Shown here: positions 1-12,400 of the stretch, in pieces
Layout of the letters: every line of letters begins with the position of its first letter
Numbering within the stretch: position 1 is the stretch's first letter
Assembly: GCA_002633005.1 (NCBI GenBank)
Contig: NMRA01000468.1
Location: 223,152 to 287,151 of the forward strand
Reading direction: 5' to 3'
Length of the DNA stretch: 64,000 nucleotides
DNA from: Phoronis australis
Taxonomy: Eukaryota > Animalia > Phoronida
Program-made: the position numbers and the translations under genes
Notes under the pieces: model-generated
The model's input: only the letters and a program-made list of their open reading frames with translations
The model's database searches: none
Told to the model about the DNA's origin: nothing

Positions 1-311
1 CTATAATAGTACATGGACCACCAACTTTATATATTCTTAATGCATGAGTTCTGGGATTTCCACACAAGCCGCAGCGTCTTTACTCACTAGGGGGCGCCTG
101 CCCGTTTAACTTCAAGCATGTACATCTGAAGACTGACTACGGCGCGCGCTAATTCAACATAAAGAAGACTGATCTTAACCCAACAATAATCACAAAGACG
201 CGTTTAATGGCCACTCGGGTTATTCCAGTTTAAGGTTCTCAATTTTAGGATGGCCTATTTGTGGGACTACGCAACATAACTCCTAATTCCTCCTATGGAG
301 GTAGTAGTTAC

Positions 312-470
312 CTATCACTTCAAACTTGAACGTTTTCGCATCATCCCTGACTTGATCATTTCCATCGTCATCTTTGCCATATGAAGAGAGTGCTCTGCAC
401 GTGTAGTCTGCTGTGTCAGCACTCTGAAGGTTGTTCACTGCCAGCACACCTTCACGGCACATCGGTTGAC
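312..470 (-). CDS. Exon 7, C-half of Ig3
   Basis: tttgttgCAG acceptor; (G)QPMCREGVLAVNNLQSADTADYTCRALSSYGKDDDGNDQVRDDAKTFKFEVI; GTAACT donor; 159 nt, phase 1-1. Confidence 0.9.
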
Positions 471-3400
471 CTGCAACAAAACGGTCAAATGCGAATGAGT
501 ATATTAAACAGGACAAGAGAACGCGGAGCGTTGAAATGCGACCATGAATGCATCTCAAACGGTGTGCTTTAAGGGTTGTTCATTGGTCATAAAAATGGCC
601 ACTAGATGGCACAAAAATGTACAATCCATCCGAAAATGGGCACTTGTCATAGCTTCTTTAATAAAAAGGTATTCACCAAATTTCATAGAAATCTGTCACG
701 GAACTTCAGAGAAACAAAGGAAAACGGAATGAAATGAAAACTGCCACTAGGGGGCACAGTGTTTATTGGATCCGCCTGAAAGTAGTCATTGTCTGTTGTT
801 AGCTTCATATAAAAACACTTACTAAATTTAATAAAGACCCAGCAGTGGGTTTAGGAGATACAGCTATCGGCACAAAACAAAATTACCATTGGAGGCGCCA
901 CAGTAGTCAAAGTCATCGTCAACCATCCTCTTCACACAGAGAAAATAAACACCAATTTTCAAAAACATCCTTTGAATGATTTGGTTGATAGAGGGGTGGA
1001 CGCCAAAAAACAGACTCGAAAACGGCAAAAATGGCCACTAGGTGGCACAAAATACCTCGATTCCATCCAAAAACAGGAGGATAGCGTCATCTCACCAACA
1101 GATGCGTGTATTCAAAATTTTATGAAAATCCGTTGAGGACTCTTGAAGATACAGGGGTAAATTTAAAATCTAAAATTGCCATCAGGGGGCACACCGTAGT
1201 CAGATCCGTCCGAAAGTCGTTGTTCTTTGTCAACATCATATAAATACACTTGTTAAATTTAGTAAAGATACTGCAAACCTCTTAAGAGATACAGCCATGG
1301 GCGCAAAAAAAACAAAATTGCCACTAGGAGGCGCCACAGTAGCTAAAGTCATCGGAAAATCATCGTTAGCTGTCCACTTCATAGTAAAAACATACATGCC
1401 AATTTTCACAATTATCCTGAAAGCGATTTGGTTGACAGAGGGATGGACGCCAAAAAACAGACTCGAAAACAGTAAAAATGGTCACTAGGTGGCGCAAACT
1501 ACGTCGAATCCATCTGAAAACGGAAAGATAGTGTCACCACACTAACAGAAGCCTGTACCCCAAATTTTTTGAAAACACGTTGAGGACCTTTGAAGATACA
1601 GAGAAAATAAAAGGGCACACCAGTAATCAAATCCGTCCGAACATAGACGCCAGTTTCTACAATCACCCTTAGAGCGGTTTGGATGATAGAGGGGGGACTA
1701 AAAAACAAACTCGAAAACAATAAAAATGGCCACTAGGTGGCGTAAATTACGTCGAATCTATCCGAAAACTGGTGGATAGCGTCATCCCACTAATAGATGC
1801 CTACATGCCAAATTCTATGTAAATACGCGGAATACCTTTGAAGATATAGAGGTACGCATAAAAACTAAAATTGCCACTAGGGGGCAGACCGGTAGTCGAA
1901 TCCGTCCGAAAGTTCACTCATGCCATGCCATCCCATCTATGAAAGGAACACATGTGCAAAATTTCATGAACATATGTCAAATGATTTGGAGTTAGAGCAG
2001 CGGACACCGGACGACGCCGGACGGACGCTGGACGGACGGAGATGACCGCATAATGCGTCCACATATAAATATGTGGGCGCATAAAAATGTGTTATTGTCA
2101 AGTGAAATGTGGCGACCAGCAATAAAAAAGATGGAAAAAATGCTAAGTCATACTGATCATAAACCACAAAAAAGAACAATGAATTTTAAAGCTATTTTAG
2201 ATTACCAACTGAGTGTCCTGGGAATAAAAACTTTTCACAGTTGCAAATACTGAAGAGCACACAACACCCTTATGTCTCATTATAACGAGGTGTCCGCTGT
2301 GGTCATAACACAGTCAAGTACCTGGAACGTTCCTAGTCGTCTTCTGATAGTGGCCAGAGTTGTCGCAATCGAGCGCCCCCGGCAAACACTGTTCACCCAG
2401 AAAAGCAATGGAGCCAGCTTTGGTGAAGTAGAATTCTGGCGTGGGTTTACCGCACGCCTGGCAGATCAGCTCCTTCTGTAGGTCGCCGCGGGTACCACTC
2501 TCGCCGTTCTCAGGATACTTAGTGATCTTTGGCGGAACTAAGGCACAATGATAATAATTGCCCAAAAGGAAGGAAAATAACTGGAAGGCATTTTTAAGTT
2601 ACTACGGTAACAAATGTTCAAACTTTTACCACATGATGCAAACTTACAATGATGTATTCCTAAGTACTTCAGGCACTACATCAAACTTGCTACCATCACA
2701 GGTTTGAATAGGGCATTATCCACTCACGAAGAGAAGGTCAATTAATAAACATGATAGTGAGATGTAGTGAGCAGACTTTTCTTACAATCAGGAATTTCAA
2801 CCTTTAACTGTGTTGCTTAAACCACGCTGGTTACTTTAGTAAATTTCCCAAACAGCTGTTTTTGACAAAAAAAATAAACAAAATAAAATTCCACTTTTCT
2901 GCCATGTCGGGTCCTAAGCTAAAGAATTTTTGACCCAATGTGTAACAATATATTCAAGGTAATTTTCTCTATACTTCTTTGCAAGAGGGAAGCACTGTGT
3001 TGGCGCTGTACCAGTTGGGAATGGTAAAAAGTTGTGACACCAAATGGAGACATCTTTGAACACTGAATATTCATACGCACATGTCGGGCATGAGCCTATG
3101 GCCAAACTGTATCACAAGACAAAGGGCAATCAACAAAACCAAGTACCACTTTCAGAAAATTGTGTAAAAATGCTTTTGCGAATTCTGACTACGCAGGCTA
3201 GCAGCAGGGCAAAATGACATTTGTTGTACGTTGAATATGTTGAACAATACTTTTGACACCATGCAAAACAAATGAAGAATCCGATCTTGTTACGCCACTG
3301 GTGCGCCTACTTACTGTACACCTCCACTGTGATGCGCAGTGAGGGAGATCCCTCGGTAGAGATATCATCAAAGGGAAATGCACTGCACTTGTACGAGCCC

Positions 3401-6400
3401 TCGTCAGCCATCGTCACATTACTGAACTTCATCTCGGTACCCACCAGCTGGATGCGATCTGAACAACAAGTAGGGAATAACAGAACACAATATGAATATT
3501 GCGAACATTGTGAACACTGAACACTGTGAACATTCTGAGCATTATGAAAATTGTGAACATTATGAACATTGTGAACATTATGAAAATTGTGAACATTATG
3601 AACATTGTGAACATTATGAACATTGTGAACATTATGAACATTGTGAACATTATGAACATTGTGAACATTATGAACAAGAAACGAGGCCAAGATGAGATCC
3701 CACAGGTAAAAGCATGGAGATAGATTGGAGGTCTTAGGTTTGACATCTCACTCTACATAACCAGTATGCTTATGCATCTCCTGCTTAAATGCATACTGAA
3801 ACCCTCACAACACGCTTGCAAGTCATGAGAAATTTTCAAATGCTGCAAATCAGATCAGTCATCTTAGAGATACGCTGTTCCAGAGTTAGCCAGTTTTGGA
3901 CACTTTTCTAAGATTCCACATGACATCATGCGTTTCAAGGGAAACGAGCAAGAGCAAAAACTGTACCAGAGGAACCGAGTGGCTCATATATCCCTTGGTC
4001 ATTCAGTCGAGCCCACGTGATTTCAGCTTGTGCGGTCGTCTCACAATTGATACTGCCAGGCTGATGAATAAACATGAGTTGCTTCTCCTTTGACGTGATC
4101 TTCAATTCGACTGAAGAAGAGAAGAAAGGACACATTTACTGCGGTGCGAAAGGACATATGAGAACACATTAAAACTGCTCTTAAATTTCTTTTGCCAAGA
4201 AAGCTGCTAGCATTTATAAGCTGCTCCCAACTCTACTCTCGCTGTCGTTAATATCGTGGTTTAAACAACTGGGAGTAAATTCACCGCCACGATAACGCTG
4301 ATCTGGCTGAATGTGAGTGGTCACACCAAAGATGAACTGCTTGCAATCACTAAAGACTATTACTCCAAATTGAGGGATGAAGTTATGTATGGGGCTCTAT
4401 CCAGGAGTATGTACAAACTAGGCAGCTTAAGTTGATGCAAAATAATGATCCCCAATGTTTTTCTCAGACCCTGCCCAAAATGCTCACAGCGTTGACCACC
4501 CATTCCCAAATTGAATATCGAAACAAAATAATGTTTCCTCAACAGGTCTCTCAAAAACTGAAAATAATTTCACACTTCGTATTCCGGTTCTGTCAGACAT
4601 GAAACAAATTCATGGCAGGTCAAAGCTTTTGGGGGGACCTGAGCTAGATTCAGTTTGGGGGACAATTTCGGTACAGGCTGCACTTATCTCTCATTGTTTC
4701 GCGTCTCCTGTGTCCACTTACATTGAACGTTCCTAAAACAGAACTCGGCTAAGTTCTCTAAATCTTCTGTGTATTTGTCTCGTTCCTCACTGATTAACGT
4801 TATCGTTTTCTATCATTTTATCTTTATTGCGACCTCCAATCTGACTACTGACAGTTTCCAATGACATAACTAAAATTGAACTAAGACTTAGTTAGGGGCA
4901 TTGCAAAAAGGTTTCTACTTATTTTAAATGACATTGAGAACTCAATATAGACTTACTTCACTCTCGATTTGTATCGAAACCAAAAATTGACTTGGCATGT
5001 TATAAAACAAGAACAGCACAAGAAAAGTCAATCGACAAATAAGCAGAAGACTTAGGGTATTTTAAATGAGCGCCTATTCGGGACTGTTTTATGCAACCAG
5101 GCACAGGAGATCTGAAACAACGATCCCCTCACCAGTTACTAATATTGACTACTGAAGACCAATGGACGTGTGGCATGAAACCAAGCTTTCGAAGAAACAA
5201 CACTAAAGAAATTCAAAAAGTACTTGACAAAACCGCTAACTACTAATATTAAAACTGTTACAATGGAGAACGTTTGGAACTATAATCTGACACACGTGGA
5301 GAAAAACATTTGCAAGACCCACTTAATAAAAATAATAGTTATCTTACCTTTAGCTCTAATCTGTATGGTTGCTTCAACTGGGTCTACACCCGGTCGAATC
5401 CCAATGCATTTATAGATGCCAGCTTCACCTGCTGAGAATTTCTTGAACTTGAGATAAGACTTTGAGCCGACTTTTACCTGGTACACAGTTCTTGAAAGCA
5501 AGAGAAAAAAATGGAAATTAGTAATGACTAAAAGGGGTTTCAGATTTTGAGAACCAGTTTCCCCCACTGAATAATGGCACCAAACTGGTTCTCAAAATCA
5601 AAGAACGGTGTGAGAAAAACTAGTGCTTAAAATTTTACGACGACTCTGCTCATGAAATTATCTTAAGAATATATAGAGCATCATGAAGAAGCAGAATACC
5701 AACAAAACTATAGATTTAATGCAGTACAAGTATAGATCTTTTGAAAGTGGGAATCTTGTAAAATTCAATTTTTGACTTCTTGCCAATCTCCCATTAATTG
5801 TGCCACACAATTATGTCTTTTCAGTAAAATTTCATACCAAAATATCAGTAAGATAACCAAATAACATTTGATAAAAATATTCAAGGTAAAATCTCGCTAA
5901 CGCCGTTACAGTTTTCTAAATTATTTCATTTCGGTATGATGCATTTTTTTTAGTTTTGATGAAGATTGCACAAGTCCTATTTTTGAAAAGCCCTGAAAGT
6001 TACGTACATGTATATAACTGATCAGCCATTTCTGGGACTGTTCCGCACTTAGCCAAATTTGGACACTTTTCAAGGAGCCTACAAAACCTCTAGTCACACA
6101 CTAAATGTAAAAACATCCAAAGTAATTTAGCTCTAAAATCTTTGCCCATCTCGATGTGCAACAGAACTTTTTTAAAGCAGTAGCTTGGCCCGTTTCAAGG
6201 ACAAAGAAACGAGTCACAATAGGCAGCCAAGCTCGTGAAACGTAATTTCTATTTTGACTACAACGATGCCAATCTCTGAGCAGACAACACTCCAACCGGA
6301 AAAGAGCCGTTGCATTTTCACAACTCGATGAAGAGCAAACTTAAAATGGGTGGTTAGTTAGCAGACAAAAGCTACAAGAGCAATGTGAAACACGTCCACG

Positions 6401-9400
6401 CAAGCAACACAAATGTTATGCTTCTACAGGTGTTCAATGATACACACAATACTTACATATCTTGACTGTCACTGGCAGCCACATCTACACCATTCCTCTG
6501 CCATCTGATATCTTGTATATTTGTACCATCTTCCTTCACACATTTTACACTGGATTCTTCACCCAGGGTGACGAACTTCTCATTTTCGGGGTCGATTTTA
6601 ACTGGAAAAGCCAACAAAACAGATGTTAAGGGTAAATTACTTCTCACAGCCACTAACAACAGTAATAAGTCAATAATTATTAACTTATTACAGTCTATTC
6701 AATCTCAGACAGTGGAACTTGTCAGAAGGCGAAATTGACTAATTTTTCCTTGAAGAAAAAGACATTTTTCGTCCCGAAATCATTCCCATATTTTATGTAC
6801 TAAAGGACCAAATTTTTGTTTTACCTTCAAAAATATTTAAGTAGCCCCAAATCCCTAAACGTTGAAAATGATTTCTCAGGAGAACAAACCGAAGACATTC
6901 TCCTGGCAAGTACTGAACAATTCAGTGACAAGACTTTCAAAACACATTGCCCCCAGTCAAAATGACACAATGAGAATGAGCCAACATGGCAAGTTAGTTA
7001 AACATGTCCTAATTGGGAAGACAGCACACTTCATTTTACACCTCCCCATCAACAGAGTTTGACTAAGATTCCCCACACCCACTACCATTCCAGCCATGTG
7101 ATTGGGCGTAACAGGAGATTGACTGAATCGAAGACTGTATCTGAACAGGTAAGGAAAGAATAAACGACAGGTACTCATTTATTGGCAGGCAAGAGGAGCA
7201 GGGTCTGAATATTCAGAGTTGAGAAAAAACTTCTCATTAAAAAGTTGCGAAGAACTGCTGTACCAGCTTTTCAGTGAATAGGTCTCTTTGCAAAATGCTT
7301 GCCAGGTGGCAGCACATGATTCACTGTTACATACAACACATCAGTAATTCATGTTTTTACTGAAAACACCTCACACCATTCACGTAGGCTTCAGAACACA
7401 AACTTTAGAAGGTAAAACGACTTGACTTCTTCTACCATGACCTCTCGTACAAAAGCAGAATAGAATGGGCGAACACATAATTACAACCAACTGACTTAAC
7501 TATTTTTTGAGTAAGTAGACATTCTTTGCGAGTTCTAAAGGTCATTTACAATGTGAAAACAAAGACTCCACCATCTGAATACCTGCTTAAAATGATATTT
7601 ACACAGCATGTCCGAGGACCACATGACAAGCTTACAGTTGAGCGACACACTGCAAGAATGTTTTTAATATCACCAAGTTTAATTGTCTACTAATCTGAAA
7701 AGCCAACTAGTTGGCTAACATATTCACAGAGACATGGGTTTCATATGCACTGCCCCCTCTTGGAGCTTGCACAGACCGGCACCACTTTTAGTGTTGTCAT
7801 GGAAAATACAATTTTCAATCAATGACATTTAGCCCAGATATCGGTCAAAACCAACACAGCCACCAACCAGCTGATTTAGACAAAGGTTTAGGAGTTAACA
7901 ATATTAGATGGAGCTGTAGACAGTCTCCAGAACATTCTTTCTGTACCACAATGGTACACATGGGAGGTATTCACAAGGCATGAGTTAGATGGTTAAGGCA
8001 AACTACCTCACAAAGATGGGGGGCATGGAATTCATGTCTTGTGCTTAGCACATGATCAGTGCACTCTAGAAAAGCAGAAAACTGGCTGATTAATGCAAGC
8101 CTTTAAAGTAAAGAATCTTTAATCAAGATTTAAACACGCAGGCTGAGCATCCGGTTTAAATTTCCATGTGGAGTTCCAAGCAATCAAGCTCCAGAAAGGC
8201 TATAAAATAAATGTCAATATAGTTCATGTTTGTTTTAATTTTGATACCCCTGAAATGTCACAGGACTCAAAGGTATCCTCTGGTGCACAAATCCGATTCA
8301 GTCAACAAAGTTGGAATCTAAACGTTAATCTCGCAAGCAAAAACTTTTTTTTCAAAATTTCGAAACTTGGAACAAAAGCACGATCTTTATAGTTTTGTGC
8401 ATGTTTAACTCAAATCCCTTCAACTGCTATACACCCTGTCTCCAATAAAATGTCAGTTTTGACAGAAAACTCCTCCTTCTCAAAGTCAAATCAGTTAAAC
8501 AATTACATAGAACTAATGGAGTGATTTGTCGTCAAGTAAAAGTATTAATAACGGCCATTTTCCGACACAGCCCCCAACAAGATGAATTTAGCCGCATCAC
8601 TAGATGGCGATAAAGTAGTTGGTGGATTAAACACAGTCGCATTTCTCACTTTGTGCTTTCAATGGTACTGTTGTGTAATAAGGATATTCAAATGACCAAT
8701 GCAAAAAAGTCCCATCCCAAAATGTCAGTGAAAAAAGAAATTGTGTTTCGTCTTGCGGCGCAGCAGAAGTAGAAACTGGGTCAGGCGAAAGAAAGTAAGT
8801 GATTGGAGCTTAGAGTAATTATTCAAAATGGAGTTATTCAACCAAAAGCAGTCTGTAATGACTGTAATGTACATTTACCCAGACTGGACCATGTGTAAAA
8901 ATTATTGAAAGTTGGGTCCACTCCAACTCAACACAGTTTTAACTAATCCACAATTTTAATTAGTAAATAATCACTACCATTTATGTTGCTTAGACCGAGA
9001 GCTAGGCATGCTTTAGTATAAACAGTACAATAACGCATACAGGTGAGAGACATAAGACACTGAATGTTACAGAGAGTTAATGGACCTACATAAAGTTTTA
9101 CATTCCCTAAAAGACTGGATGGCCACAAAGTGATAAATTATTTAGAACCTCAGTCGGCACTCTCAACATTCCTGGCCAACATCAGTATGAATAATTAATC
9201 AAAGCCTTTTTAATCTTTAAGTGAGAGATTACGTCAACTCAGTGACCTGCACAGCCATTAAGTGGGACGAAAATAAAACAACATTAAGCAAGACAAAAAA
9301 ACAATGTTTTAGCTCTTATGCCATACAATTATCTAATGTTATTGGCGGGTTTCAAAAATATAAGGTAACAGATGTTCCTGTGCATGTTGATACACTTATT

Positions 9401-12400
9401 TGGAATTAACTTTGTCATATTTGGAATGGATGATGAATAGTGCTTGTGTACTGCCACATTTAAATCAAATGTAAAACAATGAACATTTCAACATTCCAGC
9501 CTAGCTCCGTGTTCAAACTCATTTTAACCTTTGTGTTTCACCAAGGTCAAACAAAATCTAATCTCTGTACTCAAACCTGAACTTCAAGCTAGAATTTGTA
9601 GAGCTCCTACGTTCTAATCAAGACTGAACTTGAATAGAGCACTCATCCACGTAAAACAGAATGCACGCAAGCACAAGATAAAAAAACGCATATCTAAAAT
9701 TCATATCCAAGTACAACGTAAGTAGACCACAAATAGGGAGCTGGAATTTGAGTTTGAGATCGGAATCTGTACTCCAATCTAGGTTTTGTTTCAGAAGCAA
9801 GTCCCGTGTACTGTGGTTGAAAACAGTTTTGATGCGAATTGTACAAAAAATACAGACAATTCGTTTGATCACAGGTCAATTACTTCTCGTCAATGATTTG
9901 TCATAGACTTGATGAATTAATGAACGCTTGCACTACATCTTGCAAGCACGGGGAATAGACAAATTCAGTGACCTGTATAAAAACATAATGCCTTGCCAAC
10001 AAGGCGAGACAGGCATCGCTTGTATTTGTTCTGAACGCCGTGAATGTATTTCTACATCAAGTGAGTCATCCAACACGACATTGATTTTTCAACAGACTTT
10101 TTTCAGTATCAACCTTATAAGGAAGTATTGCCATGGTGACCTTCATATGCACAGAGCTATCTGAATGTCTGATAGGCAGTGGAAGTGCACCTCTCACCAA
10201 CTGCACTTTGTTTATATAATATAATATATTGTCTCTACAACTCCAGCATGACTGAACCACTGTATTACAAGGCTAATCACAGCATAACTCCATTATGAAA
10301 ATCACTTTATCCAATAAGCCTCAAGTCACTACCATTAGGTAACTCTGAGTTGATGGACCAAGAGACATAGCTCTACCAACTCTTCCAAACTTCCACGAAG
10401 TCCAGACTAGCCTTCAAAAATTTTGGGCAAACAAGACTTCAGTTTCATGGGGTTCAAGAAAGCAGTCCAGAAATCGTTACACTGTATTCTACCTAAAATT
10501 TCAGACACGAAAATCATTGCTATATTGTAAATATGTCCACTTTTCACATTGTTTACGTGTGCAAAATTTTGTCAAAGTTTTTATTAAAAGAAATATCTAG
10601 AGGCTACGTTAATGCTGTTATTTTTGTTCAGAAATTTGACAAACTAAAGTACCATGCGTCAGTCATGTTGTGTATTAAATTGAAAACATGACAAAAATTA
10701 TATTAGAAATGAGGGAAATCAGACAGTTCTGTTATACGTGGGAAGAACAAGATAAGCAAGAAACTGGTGATTTTAGTTCCTCAGTTTTACTTCTTATCAA
10801 CATTGTATCCATGGTGATGCACCTATAAATTCAATAGACATATTCCTTAGCTTAATTGCCTCACATGACAGAAACACAGCCTCGGACAAACACAGCAGAG
10901 TGAAGCGACAATCTTGAATGACAGGATTATGGTAAAAAATGAAGATAGTCATCTCAACTCTCAAAGCCCAACCAACACATCAACTCTACGTTATACCTTA
11001 TCCATCACATTTTGTCCCATTTTTTCATTCTGAAAATGCACCAAAAAACTGCCAGCTGCCGAGGCAACATGCATTTTTTACCCTCTGAAGGACCTGCACT
11101 GGGAGCCACCATTTAATAACCAAATGACAGGCCATTTTCACACTATTCAGCACAGGATGTTTACAAACCATGATGGGTATAGTTTACAATCAATCACCAC
11201 TCATAACATGTTACTGGATTGCTTCAACAAAAAGCAGCCAACAAACCTTGCAACTGTAGGATTTCAGACAGACTTCTAGCTACTTAAGACTGTAGAAAAA
11301 TGTCACACTTTGACTACATTCACAGCATCCTATTTCGGATACCCATGCTCAGAGTCAGATCAAACTTTCATATACTGTGCTTTATTCACTATTCTCTGAA
11401 ATGGTGTTTGGAAATGTTTTCAAAGTACTCCACTTTTGCGTTAGGGGGCTCTTGTGATTTTCAAGAAAAAGGCGATATGTTAGAAAACTGTAAGATCTAA
11501 TCTTGAACATTGATATCAAATGAATGCTATCAAGACACCGTGATATCTAACCAAATTAATGGCAGATTGGTAAAACGACAAAAATTAAATTCTGTAGTAC
11601 TTTCACTTTCAGAAAATATATCCTTTACCAAGATGAAATTCAGTTCTGTAGGCGTTCGATTAAATACATAGATTTGTCAATAAGGTCCTGCAAAGCCTTA
11701 ACAAGTCACTCTAAGAAGCCATGAACATTGTTGGACTGTTTTTTCACACAACCAAACAGCTGGGAATTTTATAAATTACCTTGGTTGCCTTATGCAGGCC
11801 ATAAATTGCCTGTATTCACCGAAAGCACACGAATACTGAATGAAAAAAGGTGCAAATATTTCTTCAAGATGAATGAACAGTATGAATGTATTGAATTTAC
11901 TTCAATACTGTCTGGGTGTTGCTCAAATTTGAGTAAGCCATCTCAATGCTATGTTCTATGGAAATGAAAAATCAAACGTTTGTTTCAGCTGTAACAGAAA
12001 ACCTCCAGACCCAATGAAGGACAAAGCTGTCAAGACATTTAGACAAAGCGACACCAAAATGGTCCAAAGTAACCTTTGCTCTCATAAGAATTCACTAGTC
12101 TGTGCGCATGAGCAAACAATACAACCTAACAAACCTCCATCATTCTAACTTTTTGGGTTTAAAACTTGCGATGAGATTACAGTGAAAATTCTCTAGTTTG
12201 GTACAATGAAAAATTTTCCAATCTTGCTCAAGGTTGGAGCTCGTACCAAATTTTAGAAGTAGGCAATATTGGTTGTCCCAAACTCAAGAAATGCGAGAAA
12301 AGCAAATTTTGCATTAGCCATGTTCAATGATTTTATCTCATACAAAATATGATGAACACCAGAATAACTCATGCCTCAGTTTTCAAACTAGAAAATCTAA

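Noticed and set aside
590-1910. CRISPR-like array (conserved motif plus variable spacer)
   Set aside because: The spacers are homologous to each other and ~130 bp long; it is a satellite inside a transposon.
3429-3746. Overlapping repeat-rich ORFs (HNV-, MFI-, EHC/EHY-, NIM-repeats), e.g. a His/Cys metal-binding peptide
   Set aside because: All are frames of a stop-free 9-bp intronic minisatellite; only 3315-3458 is a real exon.
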